Shown here in pieces: positions 45,941 through 58,504 of a stretch of DNA of 64,000 nt. A model generated the notes under the pieces. It saw only the letters and a list, made by a program, of their open reading frames with translations, was not told the origin of the DNA and ran no database searches. A program made the position numbers and the translations under genes. Every line of letters starts with the position of its first letter. Within the stretch, counting starts at the first letter, position 1. Source of the DNA: Chrysemys picta bellii (taxonomy: Eukaryota); the NCBI RefSeq assembly GCF_011386835.1, contig NC_088791.1:88474001-88538000 (forward strand), in the 5' to 3' direction.

Positions 45941-47527
45941 TTCCAGAGAAGAGATTTGACACTGAAAAACAAATCAAAAGACACAGGTGAGGAATCTAAG
46001 AGGTACAGTACTTGTATCCTGAGCTGTAAATCTCCAGTAATAATACCATACAGTTTTTTTTTTCAAACCAGAACTATAGTACAACTCCTCCTAAATAGTG
46101 TATCCTCCATTAGCCTCTACAGTTCATGTGTCTTATTTTCTGGGTCAAATGTAGAACTGATGTAAGCAGGTGCAACGCCACTGATTTTGGTGCTTACACT
46201 TGGAATGAATCTGACCCTTTAAGTGTAAGCAGAACAGTGGAATTAAGAGTAGGAATGAGAACATTCCTCTTGAGGAAGGACAGCTTAGCTATTTATTGTT
46301 AGATTTACTATTAGTCTTTGGGAACTAATATACCTGTCTTCACCCTTACTAGATGTAATTGTTTTGGCTAAATCTAATATTTTTTCCCGTATGTATATAC
46401 TGTGTGTGCCACACAAAATTAAAGCACGGTCCTCTGTGGAGGAAGCAGAAGGGTACTCGGTCCATAAGGGCCATTCTTCAGTTACAGGCCAGAATGACTC
46501 AGGACTGGGAGTCAGGTACACTATTTCTTCCTTATTCTGGAGCAGTGAGCATCTTCTCAGCATGCACGTGTTGCTGAATGCTGTAATCCTGATATCCAAC
46601 TAAGGTTATATACACATCGCTTAGCCAGCATTCCACAGCTCTTGGTAGGTTGAGGCACAAGCAAACTCACTGATTGGGCTTTCATTTTATCATTCTTTTG
46701 ACTGCTAGGGAGAAACTCTGCCCTACTTCTTGCACAGGGGTGGTGAAGAGTAAGAGTTTCTCTACCACTGTTAGCTCCTTTTCAAGTGCTAGATCCCCCT
46801 CCTCTGGTGCACTGAGATGTCAACAAAAAAGATTAGTGATGGGCAAGCCAGACTAAATCTTTCCCCCAAACTCAAGTGCTCTGAAAGAGTTGTGATTAAC
46901 ATTCTTTAAACAAAAAAGTCAGGCATCCCTGAATTTCCTGGTTTGGGCTGTAAGTGGAAGTTCTGAAAAACCATGAGAAAGACAATTTGTGTGATCTGTA
47001 TCCCAGTAGAAACCACCAGTTATCTCCCAAGAAACTCTGTGTTCTCTTCACATTCCCAGTCTGATTTTTAGACTAATACAGTTCAGATAAGCATCTAAAT
47101 TGAAAAGAAATGACAATTTTATGAGGTTTCTCCAGCACTAATTTTGATCTATCTCAAAAGGCCAGAAGGATTGTTGGATGTGTATTTCCTGCTCAAGAAG
47201 GGCTCAACTCTGCTTCCTTTTAAATCAGTTGCAAATTTCCCTTTGACTTCAGTAGGAGCAGAATCAGGCCTGAAATGTGTTATGTACTTCTGTAAGATAA
47301 TATAAGTTCTAATAATGACTAAAGAACTAATGGTAATAAAATGGAAACCAAGAAGAATTCCAAGCACTGCATCAGTGGCTGGCATGTGGGATTTATAAGA
47401 AAGAAAATATTTTAAAATATTAAACAATTTTTAAAATATTTACAAATATGGTATTTCCTAGTGTACATGGAGGAATAACTGTTCATTTCTTGTTAAATGA
47501 TTGCCAATCACATTCTAACCTATAACA

Positions 47528-47716
47528 GGGGGGAAGGACAGCTCAATGGTTTGAGCATTGGCCTGCTAAATGCAGGGTTGTGAGTTCAATCCTTGAGGAG
47601 GCCATTTAGGGATCTAGGGCAAAAATCTGTCTGGGGATTGATCCTGCTTTGAGCAAAGGGTTGGACTAGATGACCTCCTGAGGTCCCTTCCAACCCTGAT
47701 ATTCTGTGATTCTATG
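47528..47716 (+). mobile_element. Tortoise Pol III/SINE (tRNA-derived head + CR1 3' tail)
   Basis: A-box-like cagctcaatgg and B-box-like gttcaatcc. The 3' ~80 nt (cctgctttgagca..gggttggactagatgacctcctgaggtcccttccaaccct...attctatg) nearly match the CR1 tail at 37155-37234. Confidence 0.9.
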
Positions 47717-48894
47717 AACATGAAGACTCCAGAACAAAAGGATTAGCACTGACCAGAAGCCTTATGGATGTAGTATCAAGGAGTTGAATCTGGCAGAAAG
47801 CCCTGCACAAACTGAATGAATGCTTAAAGGGAACAAAGCTTAGGTGATGATAGCTCCATATCAGTGAGAGACAAAAAGCACATTCCTGCACCCCTATCCA
47901 CTAGGGTCTTGCAATCTAAACTAGATGACCCTGGTCAGTACTTGAAGGGGAGATTTTAAAATAAAACAAAAATCAGAATGTTGCACAAAATTAGTGCTTA
48001 TGTTGTTAGAATTTTCTCTCTGTGCCCATTTCTTGCACCCCCAAAACTCTAAAGTCAAGAGGAATTTTGTGCCCTGATTCTGTATTGAACCAATGTCTCA
48101 TCATTCAGAAGAAAACCAAACTGGAAATTATGGATTAACCTTTCCCCACCTGGCAGTAGAACAGAGCTTTTCCTGTCATTCTCAGAATGTATCCATCTTG
48201 ATTTGAGGAAGGGTCTATCAGTTGGTGTGGCCCTGGTGATTGCATCTGACATGCCAGAGGTCCCCCTACCCCAAGTGTGATGCACGGGACTGAGTCTTTC
48301 TTTTTGTGTGACTCCCAGCATGGAGTTTAAATGGGATTAGTGTTGCCCTGCTGTGACAGAAGCTTGTACTACCAAGCAGATATGTTGTGGTATATACTCT
48401 TCTATTTGTGTTGGACTGCCCATGACTTTTCTTTTGGAATTCACAAATGTACAGCTATAGCAACATTTAGCTGTTTGTGATTATGTTTGGCGGGCACTCA
48501 AGTTTATGAAGTATATATTTTTAGAAATATTTTTGATGGAACAAGTATTAGACGCATATGGATTTGTACTGTACCTGTTCCTTCCATAAACAGAAGGCTA
48601 CAGGTTCTAGGGTTGTGAATCAAATTATTTTACCAACATGAAATAAACTAAACAATTTTAAAATTGAAAGGGGGATGGAGAAACAATGAGCTGAGGCTGG
48701 GTATAGAGTCCAGAGAGCAGCGTTACACTAAAATAATCTACAAACCAGGCAGGCAACAGGACCCAACTGAAGCAACAATCCCTGCAGACCTAGGTCATCA
48801 CATTCCATCAGAAACAGCCAGAGAAATCCAGTGAAAAGAGAATTCACTGTCCTGCACACCTACAGCTGATTACAGAGCTCTGACTAAAAAGCAG

Positions 48895-48900
48895 GTAGGT
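48895..48900 (+). other. Candidate splice donor of a non-coding SMCO3 first exon
   Basis: Strong CAG|GTAGGT donor upstream of the SMCO3 coding-exon acceptor (52664). Inference only; no transcript support. Confidence 0.25.
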
Positions 48901-49529
48901 AGCCTTTATGATTTACTGTGTAGAATCCCTTAAAAATATTTCTGTTGGGCCGCAGAGGCTGACTTACAGTATGCACAAAGATTTAAATAAATATATATGG
49001 ACAGCTTGGCTATTTGACTATAGAAGTAATATAACATCATCTGAAAAGTGTCAATGCCAAAGAGAGAGAGGCTTATGATGTTCAGAAGAGGTATAATAGG
49101 ATAAACTGAAATAATCCTAGATTGGCCAGCGATAAAGAATATGAACTAATAGGCCTCTTCCATCTCTTACATTTCTATTATACTAATGACATTCACAAAA
49201 GTTGCACTCCATTTAGCACATTTCATCCTCTCTAAATTTCCACAATACAGTACTAACCAACAACATTTAACAGAGAACTCATTAGAGGGAAAGGACCCAA
49301 ATACCACTCTGAGTCAGAAAGAAGCCTGCTCTCTATTTTCCTTAGGTAGAATTGATAAGGAATCATACCTGCTTTCACAAGGCTTTGTTTCAGTTCAGTT
49401 CACGGCTTTTCATCAAAATCATAAACTCTTAGTGTACATGAACAATACCTCCTCCATCCTGAAAGGAAAAAGAAGCATGAGTTGAAGTGATTGCCCTATT
49501 TTTTTTTTTTTTGAGAACTTCAAAAGAAG

Positions 49530-50820
49530 CATGTGAAGGAAATGCAGTAGATGTAATATATTTGGATTTTCATAAATCAATGTACATTTTCCACACAATG
49601 TTACTAATTATATAAATTCCAATTGGCTTGTGGCTGAGCACGGTCACTTGGATTGAAGGCTGGTTGAAGGACGACTCAAAAAATTATATATAGCAATGCA
49701 TCTGCTGTGGAAGGGAGTGGTGTCTAGTGGATTACCACCAGGTAGGTGATAGCTGATTCTAAATTGGCAAGTGTTGCAAAAACTAGTAAGGACAGACAAA
49801 TGATATGAAGGATCCTAGTAGTAGAAATAGCTATCTGATCTACCATATCTTAGATATTTCTGAGGTGCCTATCGTTGTATTACCTAAGCACCAATAACAA
49901 AATGAGACTTATCTTGGAAAAAGGCAGGCTAGTACACAAAAATAACCCCAAACCCAGATTGTCAATGAGAAGGAGGATAATACAAACACACAAACCAGAA
50001 AACCTCTACACCCAGGGATGAAGGTGAATAGCACACTAGGGATGATTTGTTAATGTAACACAGAAGCAAAAAAGGCCAAGAAATGTTAGGCTGCATATAA
50101 AAAGGCAACATGTCCTGGAGCAGGGGAATAATACTCCCTTCTCCATGCTTCAGTGCTAGAAAAATAGTGACAAACCGGAGACTGTTTAGACAAGAACAAC
50201 ACAAATTATTAGGGGGGAGCCTGTAGGGAAAGATTGAAAGAGCTAAAATGATATATTACAGCTTGGTTAAGTGATAACTAAGAGCCAGATTCTGCCTAGC
50301 CTTTACAGTGGTTAGGCCAATGTAAGCAGCCTGTGCACTCAGGTAGAATTGCAGACCTTGCAGTCAGGGGAGCAGTGTCTGCTCAGTTCCTACTTTCCCA
50401 GGCACACAGCATTCCCAAAAGAAGTGTGAGAGGAGATGGGGCTATAGTCTTCCCACCAATTGCACTGGAGCAGGACTGACACACAATAGGGACAAGGTCA
50501 CTACCACAAAAGGGTGTGGAAGTGGATGTGTTCTCTCTGTGTGCCCAGGGTTGTTCAGAGAGAGATTTTATCTCTGAGGCAGGATGCCTCCTGGTGCTCC
50601 AACTAGGGCAGTGCAGTTAAGCATCACCCCTTAATATGGACAGTGCCTAAATGGCATGCGCTAACTATAAATTTGGGACAAGATAATCATCTTCAGATAT
50701 ATGATGTATGGAGAAAATTTCTGTGGTGATAGGGAAATAAACAGGAATACTGAGATCAAATTAAGAAAGTGAACATTTAGGTTAAATATCAGGACAAAAA
50801 TACAGTGAGATATATTAGGT
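49530..50820 (+). mobile_element. Old fragmented CR1 ORF2 remnants
   Basis: Degenerate motifs gcagtagatgtaatatatttggatttt (AVDVIYLDF), gcaaaaaaggccaa...ttaggctgcat, tttaggttaaatatcagg, interleaved with other sequence. Confidence 0.55.
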
Positions 50821-50973
50821 GATGTGTAAGGTGGTATAAGTTAGGCCTTGGCTACACACACCATATTAAATATTCTGGTATAGTTAAAGCCATACATCCC
50901 CCTACTGTGGCTAATACTGGTATAAAGATGCTTATTCCAGGATTACTTATTCCCCTATGGGAACAGGAATACT

Positions 50974-51988
50974 TAGGCTCTGCAAAATTCAATTTTTTTT
51001 TCAATTTCAACAATAACTTTTATTTTTCCAAAAAATGTTTATTCTTAGTTACAGGAATTAAGGGGGGATAGGGTTGGGATGAGGGCAGTGCTGACAGCAG
51101 GGGGCTCCCTGCGCAGTTGAGGGGCCCAATACACCTGTGCATATGGTGTGGGGGATGCTGTGGTCCTGGCCAGCCAGAGCAGAGATTCCTGGCCCTGCAA
51201 GGAGGACAAGGCCCAAGCCACAGGGTGCTGCAGGACAGTTCCTGCCCGGATAACCTCTGCACTCCTGGCTGGTGAGTGAGTGGGGCCATGACAGCAGGGC
51301 TGCAGAGTGCTCCCTCTATGACCGGCTGTGAGGCCGGTGACACCTGATCGCTGTAGGCGCAAAGTGCGGGGAAGGCTGTAGTCCTGGCAGGGCAGAGCAG
51401 AGACCATTGGCCAGGGCCGCAAAGAGGAGGATGAGCTCTCAGCTGTGTGGGGGAGGCCACCTGCCGCTGAATGGCTCCTGCATGGGATGGGAACTTGGGG
51501 GGCAACTCCTCCTCCTCCTCCTTGTAGGTCTGGCTGGGACTCTCTGCTCTGTCCCGCCAGAACCGCAGTCTTCTTCACACTGTGTGACTGCATGGATTGG
51601 GTGTTACTGACACCTGCCCCGAAGCCATGCAGGGAACCCTGATAGCAGGGCTGCAGAGGGCTCCCTTTGCTGCTACAGGACCCGTGACACCCGAATCCTG
51701 GAAAGGCTAGGTGCAGGAAAGGCTGCAGGCCTGTTGGGACAGAGAAGAGACCCCCAGACCCAGTACTTCCAGCTGGTGTGACAGCAGGGCCGTGACAGTG
51801 GGACTGCAGAGGGCTCTCTTCACTGCCACAGAGCCAATCACACCTGATCCCTGGGGCCATAGGGTGGGGGGAGGGAAGGCTGCACTTGTGCTGTTACCAA
51901 TGGCTATTTTTTTGTTGATTTCAGTGTGTCAGCTGAAATAAATGTTTAGCACCCATCTATTCATTGTTATCCAATCCTGCCAAGCCTA
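50974..51988. mobile_element. hAT-like non-autonomous element with GC-rich internal repeats
   Basis: Imperfect TIRs taggctctgcaaaatt / aatcctgccaagccta. The TSD is only partly preserved (ggaatact / actatact). It interrupts an older palindromic repeat. Confidence 0.55.
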
Positions 51989-52662
51989 ACTATACTGGTA
52001 TAATTATGTCCACACTAGTGGTTTTACTGTCATAATATTTTGGTAATGTGAAATTATTATATTGTTACAAAAACTGTGTGTAGAACATGTTTTTGACTTT
52101 GACTTTCTCAGATTCCCTTAGACTTATTTTATACCAACTTGCTAATATGTGAGTAAGTGTAAGGGGGTCAAGTCAGTTTAATTTATGGACCAAAGAACCA
52201 GAAGAAGGTATATGCTACAGGAGGGACTAGTCTATTTTACCTTAAACATGTGCCAACACTGATCTGTGAGCTGCTTTTCTTGCTACTCCCCTCTCTTCTA
52301 GACCATTGGTAGAATGATTTATACCTACTCGAAATCCCTTGCAGTCACTCAGATTCATTTATTGGACTAAATTCAAGGGTGATGTCAGTTCACAATGCTA
52401 AGCAGGTACAAGTTTTAGGAAGTCTATGCTGGTGTAATGTATATGTTGGACAGATACAGAAGTTGCAAATGATGTCGTCTTAAGACTACTTCAAGACATA
52501 CTGAGTCACACCTCTGGATTTGACTTGTTGGGTCTAAAGTGAATCACTGACCTAGAGGCTCTGTATCCCAGTTCCCAATGCAATCCAGTCCCCTTTCAGT
52601 GTTCTGGGTTTTAAAGATGGGTAACAAACCTTATTTTTCCTCTCTCTGCTGCTCTTCTCTGA

Positions 52663-53343
<681 letters not shown>

Positions 53344-54435
53344 ATGGCTTTTAATGTTCTCTCTGGCTGTCACAATGACCACACTAATTATGCTTATACT
53401 AACTTTTCTGATTCTTTATGGTAGAGTGAGCGCTCTTACTTCTTTTTTAGCAGCACATAAGATAGCCATGGAAATGGGGGCCTTGATGGCTCAGGAGATT
53501 AGCACAGAAATATACCAATAGGTAATTGGTTCAAGCCCACTCCAAGTAGGTAGTGTATGACAGTACCTGCTCCAGAGGTCTGGTAGCTTATGTGAACCAA
53601 GTTGGTTATTTCCAATCCACTTCCAAATGCTCGAAGTACAAAAATCACCATCATAACTATCAATAATTTCTACAGTTTGGAAAAAGGCCAGGTTTACATT
53701 AGACACTTTTGCTGGATTAGTAATGTCAGTTAGGGACATGATTTTTAAATGACATTTCTATACCACAAGAACCCTAGTGGAGATGTAGTTATACTGGCAA
53801 TAAAATAAAATAAAATAAAATAAAATAAATGTTTTTGCTGAAATAAGATGCATCTACAGTAGGAGGGTTTGCTGCTGTAACTATATTGGCAAATCTTTTC
53901 TAATGTAGATGCATCTTATTTCAGTAACCTTTATAGGGGAAGATCAAGGAATATTTAACTGCTATTTCCTGTAACTATTGTACCAGATTGGTGGAACCAT
54001 CCAGTGCCCATCTTAAAATAAATTCTAATCCTGACAGATTTGTGGTTTGGAAAATTCCCTAAACACTATAGTTAAGAAAAGTTGTCTCTAGTATTCAGGG
54101 GCTTTATTTACAGTATCTCTTAATAACTTTTTGTATCCTCATTATGGCCCTGCTCCTATAAACACACATGTAATTAACCTTGTGTACATATGTAGTCCCA
54201 TTAGGGTCATTGGGACTACATGCAAAAGTGTTTGCAGGATTGTTGGCCTATAAATCATAGGACTTGTTATGCTATTTTATTTTATTTTCCTTTAAAGTGC
54301 TAGAGATGTGAGCATACAGAGGGCTTGTTCAATACAATTCTGAGTTTCATACATCATTATAGGAATAGCACAAAATTAAATGTCCTTAACTCGCATACTT
54401 TGTAAACAAAAGGCTAGAGTAAAAAAATTGATTTG

Positions 54436-54438
<3 letters not shown>

Positions 54439-54483
<45 letters not shown>
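54439..54483. repeat. (TC)n microsatellite
   Basis: Direct reading. Confidence 0.95.
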
Positions 54484-54486
<3 letters not shown>

Positions 54487-56062
54487 ATGCTGTGATTTGA
54501 TTCTCTGCTTTGTTTTTTGCAGAAAAATTGTAATTTAAAATGAATTAGAAATATACATTATAGGTTTTGAGAGTTCTCCTCCCTGTGTGTGGCTGATTTA
54601 GTCCGTATGTATGTGTTCCTTCCATCTCAAAAATCAAACCAGATTTATATAATTCACAGTGCTTACTAAAAGAAAGATTACAATTTCTATTATAGGATGC
54701 CATATATAAATTACTCTGCATATATAGATTATCATTCATAGATCAGTGTTCATCTCATGCTCCCCATCATTACCTGGCTTGGGCCAGGGAAGTTAATGAT
54801 CCAAACAGCAGACCAAATTTGGTGATGAAATCTGGTCACATGCCACCTGAGGCACATTGTGCATATGCTAAGAAGAAGATTCCAGGGCTGTACACAGGTC
54901 CATCTTTTCATATTCCACAAATATGATATTGTGACTAAACAATTCAGAAATATTCATTAATACTTAGCAGTGGTTTTCTATAATAGTAATAACTACCCCA
55001 TATCTGTGAAAAACTACTATATTGGGGAGATAACAGAGTAGCTCCTTCTCCTCTTTTCATCCCCTTCCCATTCTCTTTTTCCATTTTTTAATCTTTTCTT
55101 CTCCTTCTATCTCCCCTCCTTCTCTTTATATCCCTCTTCCCCTTTCCCCCTTGTCCTTCCCTTTCCTAGGTCTCTGTAGGCTGCAGCACTAGAAGACAAT
55201 GCAGTTGTGTACACTTCAGTTTGTCTGATCCATTCAGCAAAAGGGCATTGGGAGGACCTACAGACACACACCTAGCAATCTATATCCGGAGGGGACAAAC
55301 CACCATAAACCATTAGGAAATCCCCAGTAAAAATTATTAACATGTAAAGACAAAAAATTTTCATTCACCTTTCTACATTTCCTTGACAACGGTGGGAAAG
55401 AAGGAAAGACAAATCCACTGGGGAAAGAGAAGGGAGAAGAGGGTGCTCATCTCTGTGAACTGCTCCTATCAGAGGCAAGCTGTCCCACAGAATACAGAGC
55501 ATGGGGGCAGTGACCTCACAGAGGCTTGTGGCAGGTCAGCAGTCCTGCATGATCCAGAGGAGGCAGCTACCTCACAGAGAGGTATATGCAGATAAACCAG
55601 ACAGGAGGAACCTTGTGCTTTACCTTGAAACAGGCTAAAGTCAACTGTAAATTAGCCCAGACATTTACCAAATTCTTCTTTCTAAAAGTATAATTTGGGT
55701 GGTTATTTTTATTTGTAAGTGGACTGTTGGCTCCTTACTAAAACTTAGTGGGTTTTTTTTTTTTTTTTGATTAACTAGCTTCCAGTACCAAAAGAAAGGG
55801 GAAGGGTCAATGGGGAAATCAGGAGACTGACAGTCCTCAGGGGCAATGGGGAGAGGTCAGTGCTCCAGATCAGAGTGATTGACAGCAAGGGCAGGCTAAT
55901 GAGGGAGTCAGGAGGCAGGGGGATCCCATCCTCTGTGTGAGCTGGAACTGCCCCTGGGCCACAGTGGAGCTGAGCTAAGGAGAGAGCAGGACCTGGGGAG
56001 CCTAGCTGTGCTGGCCAGAGCCAAAGAAAACCAGAAAAGCAGTCCAAGGAGAAGACCTGTCC

Positions 56063-57605
56063 TAGGGTTGTCAAGTTTCTAATGGCACAAAACTGAACAC
56101 CCCTGCCCCAACACCTCCCCCGAGGTGCCTGCCCCATCTCCTCCCCTTCTCCAAGGCCCCACTTGCTCTCCCCCGCCCTCACTCACTTTCACCAGGCTGG
56201 GGCAGGAGGTTGGGTTGCGGGAAGAGGGTGAGGGCTCCAGCTGGGGATGCGGGCTCTGGGATGGGGCTGGGGATGAGAGGTTGGGGTGCAGGAGAGGGCT
56301 CTGGGCTGGGGCAGATGGTTGGGGTGCGGGGGGAGTATGGGCTCTGGGCTGGGGGAGCGGGCTCCAAGTAGGGCCAGAAATGAGGGGTTCAGGGTGTGGG
56401 AGAGGGCTCCAGGCTGAGGCAGGGGGTTAGGGAGTGGGGGGGGGAGGTGAGGAATCCGGCTGGGGGTGCAGGCTCTGGGGTGGGGCCAGGGATGAGGGGT
56501 TTGGGATGCAAGAGGGTGCTCCGGGCTGGGGCAGGTGGCTGGGGATGTGGGCTCTGGGGTGGGACCAAGGATGAAGGGTTTGGGGTGCAGGAGGGGACTC
56601 TGGGATGGGGTTGGGGTGCGGGAGGGGGTTCAGGTGCAGGGTCCCGTTCCCTGCAGCCCCTAGATGCATGGGTGGCCGGGGAGGCTCTGCAGCCACAGGT
56701 GCCACCCCCGCAGCTTCCAATGGTTGTGGTTCCCAGCCAATGGGAGCTGTGGAGCCCGTCCTTGGGGCGGGGGCAGTGCACCACGGAGCCTCCCTGGCCG
56801 CCCATGTGTCTAGGGCAGAGGTTCTCAAACTGTGGTTGGCAGATAGTTCTAAGGTGCGCGCCTGGGCGGCTGCACACGAGAGAATGAAGGGCCACCTACC
56901 TAATTAGTGGAGCCGCGCAAGCGTGGCTCCACTAATTAGGTGCCTGGACCATGGAGAAGATGCACATGTAAGGTGAGGTGGTGGTCTTGGGGAAATAGGG
57001 AGTAGGTGGGAGGGGGCAGTGGGGTTAGAAGAGGGTGTGGGGGGAATTTGGGACGTGCAGGGCTGTGGTGCAGAGAAAGAGATAACTTTTCCCAGCTCTA
57101 GGGCTACGGCTGCTGTGGAGAGAGTCCCCTCCTTCCCAGCCTCAGCTCGGGGGCTGTTGCAGTCGAGGAGAGAGGGCACATCCATCGCATTAGAAAGGTA
57201 AGACTATTGATATTAAAATATGAGTTGTGTGCTTTTATTTGTAGAACAAAAAATGTTTATTATTATTAAGGTTATTTTTATATAGCGTTTTTATCCAAAG
57301 TGCTTTTCAATAGTTAGCTAACAGTACAAACAACATTTGGAAAGATCATTAAGTGATCTGCCGAGACTCTAAGCAATTTTCAAGTGGTCTGCGGAAAAAA
57401 AAGTGTGAGAACAACTGGTCTAGGGGCTGCAGGGACCTGGCAGCCACTTCTGAGAACTGTGTGGAGCTAGGGCAGGCAGGGAGCCTCCCTTAGCCCTAGG
57501 CCTCCACTGCGCTGCCTACTGGACTTTTAACACCGCCGACTGGAGCCACCAGGGTCCCTTTTCGACCGGGCGTTCCGATCCAAAACCGGATGCCTGGCAA
57601 CCCTA
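56063..57605. mobile_element. hAT-type element (TAGGGTTG TIR) with G-rich tandem repeats
   Basis: TIRs TAGGGTTGTCAAG / CTGGCAACCCTA. TSD acctgtcc (56055-56062) / acctgtgc (57606-57613). Confidence 0.8.
56816..57417. mobile_element. hAT/Charlie-type element nested inside 56063-57605
   Basis: Ends CAGAGGTTCTCAAAC / GTGTGAGAACAACTG. Perfect TSD GTCTAGGG at 56808-56815 and 57418-57425. Confidence 0.85.
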
Positions 57606-58504
57606 ACCTGTGCTGGGAGGAGAGCTGCAGCAACCAGAACCAGAGGGGCCAGAAAAGCAGCCCAGGGAGCTGGAGACAGGCCAGACTTGGAGGGGGATCA
57701 TAACTCCGAAGGCATGGGGGAGGGGCGATGCTGGGAAGAAAGGGCCTGCCATTTAGAGCCTGAGGGCATGTGGTCACCGCCAGAGCAAGTGTCTGACCCA
57801 TAGCATCCCTGCAGCACAGCCAGCGCCTGGCCAGGAGGCCTGGCACATGTGAGGAACAGACTGTGAACTTCCCTTATATTCTAGAGACTGCTGTTTGTGA
57901 TGTCCCTGTGCCACAGAGCGAGGTTATGTGTTTTCCTTTAACCCTGCCCATTTTTCCTTATTTTTTAAATTGATTTCTGTTTAATACATTGTATTTGCTT
58001 GAACTATATGTAATGATCAGTGGGTCAGGAAAGCATCCAGCGGAGAGAGAGCACCCTGGAGTGGGGACACCCTAGCCCCTGTCCTAAGTGACTATGACAA
58101 GATTGGGGGTTAAGCCCCCCAGGAATCCTGGGCCCAACCTTATTGCGGTTACAAGGACTCTGCCACACAGGAGAGTGGCAGGGGAGTCCTCAAGCTCAGG
58201 CGGGCCTCTGGGTAAAGGGAGTGGGAACGAGGACTCAGCCTTTCACTAGCCAATGCCACTGAGGTAATGTATAAGCCAGGAAAGTTCCTCACAATAGTGG
58301 GACCAATCCCCCACTTACATATTATTTACAGTTATGTTTTTATTTATTTAAAAAAAATGCACTGCAAATCATCAGAGTCAATAAAGAGAAGGCAGAGTAG
58401 AAGCAGCCTAGCTGTTTCTCCTTCTAAGTGTCATCTGCAAGTGAAACAATGTTTCTTGAAATAGGAAAGAATATCTGCTTTCCCTAGTCCTCTTGCCAGT
58501 ACCA

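Larger units (their letters stand above)
55770..58319. mobile_element. Solo LTR-like element interrupted by nested hAT elements
   Basis: Non-coding. Ends ...gccaggaaagttcctcacaatagtgggacc...cttACA. Sequence is continuous across the 56063-57605 insertion (ccagaaaagcag motif on both sides). The 5' boundary is uncertain. Confidence 0.55.

Noticed and set aside
51020-51941. 271-aa and 161-aa ORFs
   Set aside because: Internal to a GC-rich non-autonomous element, with no domain signature.
56125-57201. Gly/Pro-rich ORFs on both strands
   Set aside because: Products of G-run tandem repeats in nested hAT elements.
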